Assembly: GCF_006345805.1 (NCBI RefSeq)
Contig: NC_042998.1
Location: forward strand, 130,882,001-130,946,000
From: Octopus sinensis
Taxonomy: Eukaryota
Direction: 5' to 3'
DNA length: 64,000 nt
Numbering within the stretch: position 1 is the stretch's first letter; every line of letters starts with the position of its first letter. The position numbers were made by a program, and so were the translations under genes. Under the pieces are notes generated by a model. It worked only from the letters and a program-made list of their open reading frames with translations. It had not been told where the DNA came from and did not search any database. Below, piece by piece: positions 12,549-25,600 of this stretch.

Positions 12549-13161
12549 TAGATACAAAAGTAATCTGTGTTTGGAATATATAGAATAAGAAGAGGAAAAC
12601 GTGATGAGCGGTTAAGTGAAGTTAGCGAATGACATTCCTCATTTTGTTAACTAGAGTTATTTAACTATATAAAGATCTTTCTTAACGTAATTACTTCTAG
12701 AATTTGTATCTGATTAGATTGTAAATTCTACTGACATTTCTCCAGACAGGTATATACGCATGCACACTCATACACACGTATATTTCCATACATAAACGAA
12801 CAAACAAACGCTGACATAGACATAATTAGATACGTTAGCAAATGAAAACTTCGAAGTACCTGTCAAGTTATTCTGTGTGAAAATATATGTTGGTGCGTGC
12901 GTGTCTCTCGGTGTAACGATGATTTATAAAATCTAGTCACTCGCAAACACACATTTATACATTACACACACAAACCACAAAAAAAACATACACTCACCTG
13001 TATGCCTGTATATACGCGCGCGTTTGTAACTGCGTAACGTTTTTTGAGATCTAGTAGTCACGGTGCATGTAAGTAGATGGAAAGATAGATAGATACTTGA
13101 GAGAATACGAGAAAGAGTGAGGAAGAAGGTGGGGGGGGGGAGAAGAAAGAAGGTTGGTTTA

Positions 13162-13450
13162 TAGATCGAAAAATGCTGAATTCGTATCCTTGAAATAACA
13201 TTAAAATTAGAATTTTTAAAAGAATTAGTAGGTCGTTGAAATTTCGTTTTAACAATTTATGAAGTGAAAATACTTGATGAAGGTATGTAACAAACAAATG
13301 CGTATAGAATAAATAGAATTTCCAATGAGGGATTCAAACATGCAAAACATAAATGCATTTGGGTCAAAATGAATTTTCTTGACTAAATATAGTTTAAACT
13401 TCATTTTAAATGACAGAAATTGAGTAAAGAAACATATAAATGTAATTATA
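13162..13450. repeat. Unclassified duplicated segment, copy 2
   Basis: Colinear similarity to 9915-10200. Confidence 0.8.
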
Positions 13451-13552
13451 TGAATGTCTCATGTAGTCTTCGTTAAAGAAAAGTTACACACATTCACATA
13501 CATATACATACATATCCGTATTTATATATGAATATATAAATACATATATATG

Positions 13553-13602
<50 letters not shown>

Positions 13603-13635
13603 ATACATACACACATATACATATATTCACATATG

Positions 13636-13671
<36 letters not shown>

Positions 13672-14469
13672 ATATATATTATATATATATATATACACAC
13701 ACATAGAAACATACATAACTACGTATCTGTGTTGGTTCTCGTTGTGGGGGGAGAGAGAGATTTCTGCGAGTGTTGTTTCCATCTGAGATACGTAGTTAGA
13801 ATGACTAAATGTGTTGCAATCTCCATAGTTTCAGATTGTTCTATCATGCTTTTGCTTTTTTCAACGTTTTCAGCTAGTTTATTTCTGTTTACACTATTTG
13901 CTTTTTTATTTTGCATTGATTATATTGCCTTAGTTTCTATTTCTTACCTCATTCTTGAGATATCGACTTCTCTTTTTTACAAGAATATTCACTGCACTTC
14001 TGTCTCCTCCCCTCCTCCATCTCTCTCTCTCTCTCAGTATCTCTCACATCCTAGTTTTCTCCGCCAACTCTCTCTCGAGATTCGCCATATTAAATATTTA
14101 GCCTCCAATAATGCTAAAAGTTGCAGTTCTAATTTTAATTCTCACTGCGGTTTCATCTTGTTCCCTCCTAAGAAGAAAATAGCTATGTATGTATGAGCAT
14201 ACGTGCATGTATGTGGGTGTTCATAAAAGCATACATATATACATACATACATTTGTACGTACGTAGATGCTTACACGCAAAGGATATATTCACATGCATA
14301 GATACAAAGCCACTTACATACATGAGTGTGTGTGCTTCTGCTTGTTAACATAGTAATACGAACATAAATATGCCCATATTTAGTTTACATCGAAATTCTT
14401 CATATATATATATATTTATAGTTATATACGCCAATCACAAACGTGCATACATACATCCAGATATATATG

Positions 14470-14521
<52 letters not shown>

Positions 14522-14537
14522 AATATACATATATATG

Positions 14538-14568
<31 letters not shown>

Positions 14569-14744
14569 ATAGTGAGAGAGAGAGTGAGAGATTGATAAGA
14601 AGATAGATGCAGAGTTAATTATTGCCGTAGTTGAAGTTTTGCATATGTGTTATTATATATACTGCAAAATTTTTCACGTTTCTATTGTTAAATTCTTTAG
14701 GTTTTCATTTACATTATATTATAATATATTATATTCATTTCGTT

Positions 14745-14936
14745 TTTGTATTTGGTTTGCAAGATTCTTTATGCAAATTCGTGTGTTGAAGCATATTTTG
14801 TTGTGCCTGCGGAGAGTCATTCTGTTTTTAACAAAAGATAAATAAATAAGTAAAAGAGTAGAAATTGAACCGGTGTGAGTGTATTAATTAATAAGGCATT
14901 AAAACAGAATGACAATCCCCAGATACAACAAAATAT
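14745..14936. repeat. Second, inverted copy of the foldback family at 4295-4540
   Basis: tttggtttgcaagatt...gtgtgttgaagcatattttgttgtgcctgcggagagtcatt matches the reverse complement of ~4455-4520. It has its own inverted arms at ~14795-14830 and ~14900-14936. Confidence 0.8.
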
Positions 14937-15825
14937 TATATTAAATTATTCCTTATTTAGTAATATATCTGTGATATCTATCTTAGTAACTTGACCCCTC
15001 TTCGCTCCTCCCTTTTCTCTTCAGAACAGGTGCGTTTTTGGTAAAATATTTCAAGCATTTTTCTTGTTTTCATTTGTATTTATTTGAACTGCAGCGATTG
15101 GTGTTTTTTGACGATCGTTTTTATTTTCATTATCTTACTTTTATTTTTTTTTCTCCAACTTAGATTCTGAAGGAAAACTGATAACAATGATAGTATTTCC
15201 GAATATTGTCTTTCTTTTTGTTTATTTTTGTTTTTCTTTTATTTAATATTTATCTTTTCAATTCCCGTTTGATGTAAAGACGTGTGGAAATTTATATTCT
15301 ATAATCCGGTTTGTGCGTAAGTTTGTTTGAATTTCTGTGCGTGCGTGTATATATGTTTTCTGTGTGCCTATCTCTAGTTTCGTATCCTGTGTTTCATATA
15401 TCAAATACAGAGTGTGTGTAACCGTGAGGATGTCAATGATATTAAAAGAAAGCTTGAGAATGTAAGAATAGAAAAGGCGAAACCGCAAGTCAAATAATTC
15501 CATGCAATAGCGTACATAGTCAATCTCTTCAGATTACATTTCTTACCTTATTTTAATTTTACTTCTTCAGGCTCTCATAGTAAAACAATATCTTATTGCT
15601 ATTATAAGTTTTTATGCAAAGACTGCAGGTAAAATTTTGGAAACTATGGAAAATATTTTTCACAGTGATTGCAGCCCAATTACTGTATGCACATACAAAC
15701 ACACACACACACACAAACACACACCCATACACACACAAGCACGCACACACACTCATTCACTCATTCACACACACACAAACATGTATATATACTTACATGC
15801 ATTATTTAACAAACACTCCTAAAAT

Positions 15826-15918
15826 CACCCGATGAAACGCTTCTGCACCGGAGCAGGAAGATACACCACAACAATACCGTCAGGGATCGATGCAGGATGG
15901 GTCGAAACGATCGTTGTG
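15826..15918 (+). ncRNA. Degenerate type I hammerhead motif with long stem II
   Basis: cac-CCGATGA...ttctgca...tgcagga-tgggtc-GAAA-CGATCG-T-T-gtg. Stem III is the perfect palindrome ACGATCGT. AATAAA follows immediately. Confidence 0.55.
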
Positions 15919-15956
15919 CGCAATAAAGTTTCGCGAATATTCACATTTCCGTCTCT

Positions 15957-15994
<38 letters not shown>

Positions 15995-16011
15995 ATTATA
16001 TAATATATATA

Positions 16012-16047
<36 letters not shown>

Positions 16048-16367
16048 TGTAGTATGTATGTATGTATGTATATAGGGATGGTGCAAAAATAGGTGTGCAG
16101 TTATGAAAACAGAAAACATGTACAATACTCATTTATTTTCATCAAAAACTACATAAACATCTATCCAACGTATGCCCACCTATAGACACGGATACATTTG
16201 TATTCTTGGGCATACATACATGTCTCTCCACCCTTGAATACCGCTCTAAAACCACATTCCCATCTATCTTCTAACGCTTCTTTTGTTTTCTTCTTTCTCC
16301 CTTTGTCACTCTTTCTCTCACTCTTTCTCTCTCTTTTCTTTCTCTCTTTTCTTTTTCTCTCTCTTTT

Positions 16368-16405
<38 letters not shown>

Positions 16406-16993
16406 TCTCACTATCTGTCTTGCATGATTATTCCTCCTAAATTTTTTCTAATTTTTTTCTCCACTAATTTTTTTCTGTATACTCTGATGTACGACTTACG
16501 TCTGAAACGTCCAATATCTTTCTTATTAGAACTATAATTTCATTTTTCATTTATTGACTAACAATGCTGCCTGTGGTTTCATGGTTAAAATGGCAACTTC
16601 TAAACGTTCCACTTAAGAATAACAATAAGTGGTCTCCATGTTGGACTAGGCTATTTGAGATTACACGGTGCTCAACGGAAGTTCAAGCGTTCAGTGCTTA
16701 TATGTATTGAGATAGTTGATACAGACATAAGCGGTAGTTACTCACGTAGTGGCTTCCTTAATTCGTATTTCTCTTACATGTTCCTTGTTTTGTTTTGCTT
16801 TTTGTAGGTATTGATAGAATCTTGTAAAATATCTGGGGCTGTTGCGCCCGAAATATAATACGAACATATTCATAAATACACTCATATAAATGTATGGAAC
16901 ATTGGTCACACGCTTACCCTTTTGTGGATGTACGTGGTTACATATTCTGATTATTGCATGCAGACTACAAATGTTTTAAATATTTATAAGTTA

Positions 16994-17048
16994 GTGAAAT
17001 GTTAAGGGCGTGAAATGTTAAGGGGTGAAATGTTAAGGAAATGTTAAG
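16994..17048. repeat. Short minisatellite, ~16-bp unit (gtgaaatgttaaggg), about 3.5 copies
   Basis: Direct reading of the sequence. Confidence 0.85.
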
Positions 17049-17607
17049 TCATATGATGTCTTATATGTGAATATAATCATATATAACCATGCACACGCAC
17101 ACACACACGCATATACATATATATTCCTATATATATATACATTCAAGATTTTAGAGTATAGGAGAAAATTTTTAATACGAATCTTTTAAGAATACAGAAA
17201 ACGTGAAAACCTCAGAACCAGAACCAGGGAGTGAGAAGGAACAGTAAGCACACTAGATGAATACATAAAATGAGAGATCGAAGGAAGGCGCTGTAAATAT
17301 AAACTAACGTGCGAGAGCATGAAATTATAGCAAAAGATAACTTTGTTGAGGGAGAGAGAGAGGGGAGGGAGAGAAGGTTATAGTCCATGAAAGACAACGA
17401 TTATTTTAAATAAAGTAAAGCGATCATAGATCTCGTAGGCACTGTCCTCATTATCCTCTGTCTATCGATTAACGACAAATAAATGAAAGAGTGTATCTAT
17501 GTATATGTGGTCACGTGTCTCTTTGCATTCCGTGCAACTACGAGTTACCTAAAATCACTTACCTCAAGAGTATAGTGATACATTTTACTGAGGAATATAT
17601 ATATATA

Positions 17608-17995
17608 TTCTTTACTGCTTTACTTGTTTCAGTCATTAGAATGTGGCCATGTTGGAGCACCGCCTTTAGTGGAGCAAATCGACACCAGGACTTATTCTTT
17701 GTAAGCCCTGTACTTATTGAACCGATAGTTCACGGGGAGGTAAACACACCCGCATCGGTTATCAAGCGATGTTGGGGGGACAAACACAGACACACAAATG
17801 TATACACATACATACATATATATATGCATATATACGAGGGGCTTCTTTCAGTTTCCGTCTACCAAATCCACTCACAATGCTTTGGTCGGCCCGAGGCTAC
17901 AGTACAAGACACTTGCCCAAGGTGCCACGCAGTGGGACTGAACCTGGAACCATGTGGTTCGTAAGCAACCTACCTACCTACCACGCAGCCGCTCC
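17608..17995 (-). mobile_element. tRNA-derived SINE with a CORE-like central domain
   Basis: Minus-strand head ggagcggctgcgtggt...ggttcagtccc, then gcaccttgggcaagtgtctt...agcctcggg, resembling the MIR/CORE motif ccttgggcaagt. Confidence 0.7.
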
Positions 17996-18407
17996 TACGA
18001 CTATATATATATATATATACATATATATATAAGAATTTTTGCGTAATAAAATAAAAAACCAAGGCTGTATAAATATTAGAGCACTTATAGATAGATCTTC
18101 TATCTATAAATGCTCTAATATTTTTACAGCCTTGGTTTTTTATCTTATTATTCAAAAAATTCTTATATACACACACTGACATAGAACCAACGTTGAGCCC
18201 TTTATTCCGAATCTGGAACTTAACTATGGTCTGTCTATAGCACTTATTCAGCATTACCGGACACCTTTGGGCCTGAATGGCACCATTATCTCTGATATAT
18301 ATATATGGATAAAATGGTTAGACAACAAAAGAAAGAAAGAGTCCTCGATATTATGTAAATAGAGGAATTTATCTGTAAATATAATATGTGACAATTATTA
18401 TAGCCAT

Positions 18408-18468
18408 GATAAAACTCCGAGTTTCGGATGCCGAGGTGGAAATCCACGCCGTTATCTCTTCAGTTATC
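18408..18468 (-). ncRNA. Type I hammerhead motif in a Penelope-type terminal repeat
   Basis: Minus strand: gataa-CTGAAGA-g...atcc-GAAA-CTC-G-GAG-T-T-ttatc. Stem I gataa/ttatc; stem III ACTC/GAGT with a 1-nt loop; GUU cleavage triplet. Confidence 0.7.
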
Positions 18469-19150
18469 TGGCCATCGGAAAAATGCTATAAAAAAATAAC
18501 CATTATACAAAGGGAAATTACTGTGTGATTGACCGTTATTAAGACAAAAGAGCTATTTGAATGGCCGCTAAGTAAGGAGCGAGAGTAAAAGTAAGTTCAT
18601 AGTATTCGCGTAAGCACACATATTCATACCTACACATACGCGCCCGCATATCCAAGTGCTTACGCCTAAAAGCATACATTCATCCACCCTCACTTGATAA
18701 CGTACACATCTTCACTCTCACCATTCGCCAAATGTATATGTATATGCATACAAACCTACACACACACGCGCGCACCGTAAAGGTTCATACACACGTCTAT
18801 ATACGCACAAGCACCAGAATAAACCAGGGCTATGGGTAACGATACAGAAAAATGGCATAAGTGAGTATACACAGAGTAAACCACGTCTATTTACGCACAT
18901 ACAATTATGCACGCACACACACGCGCCTATATACACACATGCCCGCAGACGTCTATATACGCAGACACACACACACACACACACACATACACAAGAAAAA
19001 ATAGGGCTAAAGGCAAAAATACAAGAAAATATGTAAAAACACTGAGTAAAAAACGTCTATATACGCACGTACATGCAGGCACACACGCACAAATCTATAT
19101 ACGCATATACCCGCACAGACTTATAAGAAATATAAGTATATATATATATA

Positions 19151-19415
19151 TCACGTCACGTGACCGACCAGACCATCAGATGTTACTACACATCGCTGGT
19201 CACAATGCATTTGCATTATTTTAGTCTTCGAATGACGCCACACCGCTGGCTAAGCGAGCAGACCAACAGAAGAAAGAGTGAGAGAGAGTGGTGAAAGAGT
19301 ACAGCAGGGATCGTGGAGGTTTTAGGTGTTTTTGCTCAATAAACACACACAACGCCCGGTCTGGTAATCGAAACCGCGAGTCCCCTGCCCTAGCCACTGG
19401 GCCATTGCGCCTCCA
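19151..19415 (-). mobile_element. tRNA-derived SINE, second family
   Basis: Minus-strand head tggaggcgcaatggcccagtggctagggc...ggtttcgattacc with A-box-like and B-box-like motifs. Confidence 0.7.
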
Positions 19416-19466
19416 TATATATATATATATATTTGTCATGGCTACCGAATAATTGTCACATATTAC

Positions 19467-19545
<79 letters not shown>

Positions 19546-19937
19546 ATAGTGGAACAACAATGCACCAATATTTACTGGAAATAGTAGACGATAATATACG
19601 ACGCTATAGTAAAGCTTCACTGCATATATATACTGGCAAAGATGTTTGCGGACGGCGAACATAAATAAAAATTCATCTTACCTCTAGGTAGAACATTAAG
19701 TAAATATACAACCCAGATGTAGATAATCTAGGACCTAGGTTTCGAACCTTCCAAATTACATTTGTTAACATAAATTTAATTAGTTCTCTTGGGCTAGATT
19801 CACCTAGACAAAATTTCAAATCTCGCTACATCAATACCCGTAATACTCGTCTGAACGCCTGGCCGTTAACAGAGACAGAACAGCGAAAAAATTTCCAAAG
19901 AAAAAATTAACAAATAGTGCAATACTGCAGTATATAA

Positions 19938-19993
<56 letters not shown>

Positions 19994-20450
19994 GGAGATA
20001 GAGATACAGGCAGATAGGCAGATAGACAGACAAAGACGTGGAGGCCACACACAGACAGTGAGAGTGTTTGAGATAAACTATAGTCATAAAATGTGCGCTT
20101 GAAAGTAATAAACATGGGAAAAGCAAGGTTCGTGAATTTGTGAGTAAAATAAATGGTGATTAAATCGAAAGCGATATGTTGAGGAAAATAGCTAGGCAAA
20201 GAGGTAGACAGGAAATTAATGAATAGAAGAAACACAGTGACAGGTTAAAACAGAAACTCAAATATAATAAAAATTATTGTCGAATAACATTTTCAAACAT
20301 TTACACGAATGTATTGCAGTAACACACAGTAATGCAAAGATATTTAGGCGTATTGCTGACACACACATACTAATGCGACCACTCAGAAACAGTGTAAGCA
20401 TACACATATAACCGTTTAACTGCGTTGAAGAAATGTGGTAAAATAATATT

Positions 20451-21110
20451 TTCTACTCTAGGCACCCGAAATTTTGGGGGAGGTGGCCAGTCGATTAGAT
20501 TAACTCTAGTACGCAACTGGTACTTAATTTATTGACCCGAAAGGATGAAAGGCAAAATCGACCTCGGCAGAATTTGAACGCAGAACGTAAAGACAGACGA
20601 AATACCTATTTCTTTACTACCCACAAGGGGCTAAACACAGAGAGGACAAACAAGGCCAGACAAACGGATTAAGTCGATTATATCGACCCCAGTGCGTAAC
20701 TGGTACTTATTTAATCGAACCCGAAAGGATAAAAGGCAAAGTCGACTTCGGCGGAATTTGAACTCAGAACGTAACGGCAGACGAAATATCTATTTCTGTA
20801 CTACCCACGAGACGCTAAAGACAGAGAGGACAAACAAGGACAGACAAACGGATTAAGTCGATTATATCAACCCCAGTGCGTAACTGATACTTAATTTATC
20901 GACCTCGAAAGGATGAAAGGAAAAGTCGACCTCGGCGGAATTTGAACTCAGAACATAACGGCAGACGAAATACCTATTTCTGTACTACTTATTTCTTTAC
21001 TACCCACAAGGGGCTAAACACAGAGAGGACAAACAAGGACAGACAAACGTATCAAGTCGATTACATCGACCCCAGAGCGCAACTGGTACTTAATTTATCG
21101 ACGCCGAAAG
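20451..21110 (-). mobile_element. Head-to-tail array of 5'-truncated SINE units, 184-bp period
   Basis: The junction gaaata(c/t)ctatttc recurs, with tatttc at 20607, 20791 and 20975. Units match the full-length SINE at 32002 and 62533 minus its 5' ~45 bp. Confidence 0.9.
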
Positions 21111-21831
21111 CGTGGTGAAATAAAATAGACAAAATGTACACGACGGAAAGAGAAAGAGAGATGAGGAAAATAGAGATATGAATAGAGAAGCCGAAAGGAA
21201 AAGAAAGAAAAGAGAAAGCAAGAGAGAGAAGGAGGGAGAGAGCGAGAGAGTGATCGGTACAAAGTTGAATGAGAAAGAATAAATAAAACATTAGCAAACA
21301 AAAAGTTATGTTCAAGAAAAAATGCGAGGAAAATATGCAGAGAGAAAATATAAATGTAAAAGAAAAACGAAAATATGAATGCTGGTGTCAAACTTAAGTT
21401 TTGGGTATTAAGGAAACGGGGCATCATAGAAACAAACTACTAAACAATCTATATTCGAGTGAGCAAGTCAGAAATGTTCTTGATCTAAAATGATAATAAA
21501 GCGGATAAAAAAGACAGGAAGAAGAAATGGAAATGTAAAAAAAAAAATTAATAGGTAAAACAAAGTACAACGAAAATGAAACGTAACGCGAAAAATATGT
21601 TTACTAGACGAAAGTGAAAATATTTTTAGTCCTCAAATATCTGAGCGATATTCTTGTATTTTCTGTAAATCGTTAATTCTTGAGTTTTTTTTGTAAATAT
21701 ACATACATATATAGATGCATAATACATATAAACATATATACATACATACATACACACATGTGCGTGTGTACCTACATAAACACAAGCATATATGTATATA
21801 TATATTTGTGTGTATATATATATATAATATT

Positions 21832-21889
<58 letters not shown>

Positions 21890-23270
21890 GTATACATATA
21901 TATACATATATATATACATATATATATACACAGACACTCACACCACGCACACATATATGTATATATAACTTATATATAATTGCTTTCTTATCTCTTCTTC
22001 TTCATATTAATTTTATTTTTTTCTTCTTCCATTTTATGTAGCTTCTTTCATATATTCTGTATTTTGTGCAAGGTTGAATAAATTTTTTTCTGCTTTACTT
22101 TCTGTCAGTGTTACGTTGTTACTTTTTGTTTTATATTAGATGTCCCGCCTTAATCCTAGATAATCCCTGATCAAGAACAATCAGCGGCAAAGGGATTTTA
22201 GCAGAAACCTTCAAAAATATTATAATACAGAAGCTATTACATACTAAATTAATAAACGGGAATGTTATATTGGGGATAGACGGCAAGTCACATCATCCGA
22301 TGAAACATTCTTAGGAATCGTAGTTGCAGGGTACGAATGGCAGTAAGAATAGCGTCATTAAGGAAATGTTCTACAGCTTCATTTTTCTTCTCTTATGAAG
22401 TTCCCCACATGTAGAGAAAGAATGCAGCAACTTCAGTAAAAGTTATTTCGACAAAAGTACGGCAGTAGCAGCGACAACACCAAGAATGGCATGAGAGTGG
22501 AACAATTAAACAATATAAACTTCAGTTTTTCAAGTACAAATACAAATACTTTCTCTGACCACCGACATTGTCACCGTTACTCGAGTCAGTAGCGCAATAA
22601 CAAAACCAGCAACAAGAACAACAACGACAACAAAATCGAATGAGTGGTCGACAATAGTGACACCATCACTGCCAGTCTACCACCAAAATTAGTACCAACA
22701 GTGATGCAACGAACAGCTGCGACTTCAATGATAACGGTGACAAAAGTATTAGAAAGAACTGCAACATCAGCGATAGCACCACTGAAAATGAGGACGACAA
22801 AAGTAAAAGAACTGATTGCAGCAACAGCATATCTACCAATACTAGCATCCATTACTAACACCACCGCCTTCAACATTAACACTAACACCATTAATGATGC
22901 CATGACAGTGGCTTGCAAACCAACTGCTAAAGGATTTACTACTGCTTGTCGAGTCCAAGAAATAATTTCTCTATCGCAGTAGGATTTGAAGTGTTGAAAA
23001 TTTCTTAAATTTCTTTAAGCTTAACTGATATCAGAGCGATACACACAGAAAGTATAATATATAGGTGTATAGGACTGAAGTTCAGAAAATTGGAACAAGC
23101 GTTACAAAACTATATTGGAAAGCGTTTTTTCACCAATCCGAGTCCAAAAACTTAATGCGCTCGAGGAAGAAGGTTCGACAAGTTTGCGGTAAAATTTTCG
23201 ACTATGATTTGTCTCGGCAGAAGATTTGTCTCGGCAGAAGAGTTGCAATTTAAAGTAGTCGACATGGTTC

Positions 23271-24125
23271 CAGCAGTACCTTCTTTTCACATCATATCAC
23301 CCGAAACACACCAAAATCAACATTCTTTTCAACCTGGCAAAACGAATTTGTATCATAGCATCAGAACCATCCAAACGTGAACAAAGACTAGAGGACAAAG
23401 AGCCTTCCCTCTTGGCATAATCACCAACGGAATAATCAAAGCGAAACAAATTGATATCAATGAAATTAGGAGAACAAAATACAAAACAAAGAAAAATGTC
23501 TTACCATTCGTGTCAACCTTCGATCCCAGGAACACAGAAATATTTGATCATATCCACAAAAACATGCCCATCATATTTACAGATGAAAAAATAAGAAAAG
23601 TCTTAGAAAAGCAACGAATATTCAAAAGCAAAAGGCATCCCAAAACACTAAAACTCATTCTCACTGGGGCAAAAACGCACAAAAGAACCCAAACCCAAAG
23701 GTCACAAAACGCATGAAAACAAACTGTGGCACTTGCCGTTACTTAATTGAAGGGCTATAATTTAAATTCAAAGATGGCCAAAGCTTCAAAGTCAAGGCCA
23801 ATGTCACCTTCAACACAGAAAACATTATCTACGTAATCACATGCTATGGTTGCCAACATAATTACATAGGAGAGACGGGTGGATCGTTACGCAACAGAAT
23901 GGCGACCCATCGCCAACAGATACGAGGCAAAAAGCACATGGAAGATTCCTTTCAGCAATCACATTGCAACCTGTGCAGCAATGGTCTTACCAAATTTCAA
24001 AATATTTCCCCTGTACAAGTGCTCAGATCTCTTCAAACAATAAAAATTCAATAAAGAAAGGCTGTTTATCAAGTATAAACCACAATTAAATATAGAGCCA
24101 ACCACGACCAATAAATAGTAACAGA
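23271..24125 (+). mobile_element. Penelope-like element fragment (RT thumb, linker, GIY-YIG endonuclease), pseudogenized
   Basis: QQYLLFTSYHPKHTKINILFNLAKRIC; LPFVSTFDPRN; CGTC; NIIYVITCYGCQHNYIGETGGSLRNRMATHRQQI. Confidence 0.9.
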
Positions 24126-24499
24126 CACATAAAAACAATGTTATACATATCATTTTGAAAAATACTTCCTTTCGTTTCATAAATCTTTTTTCCAATATTC
24201 ATATAAGCCAGAACACACACACACACACACACATATATACACACACACATATATACACACACACATACACACAAACATACACACAAACCTATACACATGC
24301 ACAAAAAAGAAAGCATCACAAAAACACACTCATACACTCACACGTACATACAAAAGAAAACATCACAAAAACACACACACATACACACAGGTAGAGATAC
24401 TCAAAGAATACATCTATCCCAAAGAAAAATACTAATTCTTTTTTCAATAAGATATGCTTCACAACATACACACCAACCTACATTATTTAGATTTGACGA

Positions 24500-24620
24500 T
24501 ATTTCTCCTTATCTTGTTTGTTGTTAACACAACGTTTCGGCTGATATACCCTCCAACCTTCATCAGGTTTCTTGGGGAAATTTCGATCCTGGGTTCTCAT
24601 TCCAAAGGTATTTTTCGATG
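24500..24620 (-). mobile_element. Short Penelope-type repeat carrying a hammerhead motif at 24526-24572
   Basis: Minus strand: aac-CTGATGA-a-ggttg-gagggtatat-cagcc-GAAA-CG-T-T-gtgtt. A homologous copy is at 58290-58410. Confidence 0.75.
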
Positions 24621-25367
24621 GGCTTACAACTCGCCACCTGGAGAAGCAAGTCCATGCCGTCCAACAGCGTCGTGGGGCACTGGACAGACGGCCGGCTAAG
24701 TTGCTCGGAGATTCGAAATAAACTTTACAGGCACGTAATTGCCGTAAGCCGGGCCTGCCCGAGGTGCGCCCACAACGATGAGGCCGTTCTGTACGCCCTA
24801 GTCCAGTACCCAAGTATTGCTGACCTGTGAGTTTATGTCGAGCTATCGGCTGAATCCATTGTGAAGATTGCCCGTTTGCCCTCTTTTGGCCGGGAGGGCC
24901 CGGCAATTTTTATCTGTCTAGTGGCTGTAGCGAAAGAGGTAGTATGGTGGATCCGTTTGAAAGGGCTAAAGACAGACACTGTCCTTTTTGGTCAAGCCTT
25001 CATCAACTTTTTCAAGTTTCACGTGAAAAGGAAATTGAGGGTGAAGACGGGACTGTTACCTTGTAGCAAGTTTGTTGAAAGATGGGTGAATGTTGGAAGA
25101 ATGGCCAGTGTGAAAGGACCAATTCTGAGCGTGCAGCTATAAAAAGAGGTCTTGCTCTGTTGATCAGGCACCCGTGGGTTTTCTGAGTTCTTCTGTGAGG
25201 ACCTCAAAGCGCCTCCCTTATTGAGAGTTGTAATTTGTTTAATTGTAATTGTTATTTATGTTTACACGCTGTAAAACCCATTGTATCATTCTGTTTTTGA
25301 CTTATATGTTGTTGCATGTGATTTAATGTTATTTTATGTGCGCCCCTGTGGCTGATAAACGAATAAA
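24621..25367 (+). mobile_element. Internally deleted 3' fragment of a Tx1/L1-clade LINE related to 5505-9846
   Basis: GLQLATWRSKSMPSNSVVGHWTDG is fused to IRNKLYRH..CPRC. ORF 24861-25142 is homologous to the ORF2 C-terminus. The 3' end is gcccctgtggctgataaa. Confidence 0.9.
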
Positions 25368-25487
25368 TTATTATTGTTGTTGTTGTTATTATTATGATAA
25401 TGATAATAATAATATTAACAATAATAATAATAATAATAATAATAATAATTATTATTATTATTATTATTATTATCATCATTATTATTA

Positions 25488-25557
<70 letters not shown>

Positions 25558-25600
25558 GTTATTATTATTATTGTTATAATTATTAATATTATTATTATTA
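25368..25600. repeat. Compound (TTA/TTG)-(AAT)n-(TTA)n microsatellite
   Basis: Direct reading; the repeat polarity flips near 25393 and 25448. Confidence 0.95.

Noticed and set aside
20451-21110. CRISPR-like or satellite array
   Set aside because: The units are whole SINE bodies with no unique spacers, in eukaryotic context.
22420-22982. Thr/Ala-rich ORFs 22644-22982 and 22586-22918; similar ORFs at 29407-29775, 47455, 49558-49945 and 51867
   Set aside because: Cryptic trinucleotide repeats (ACC/AAC/CAG) stay open by composition; no domain or splice support.
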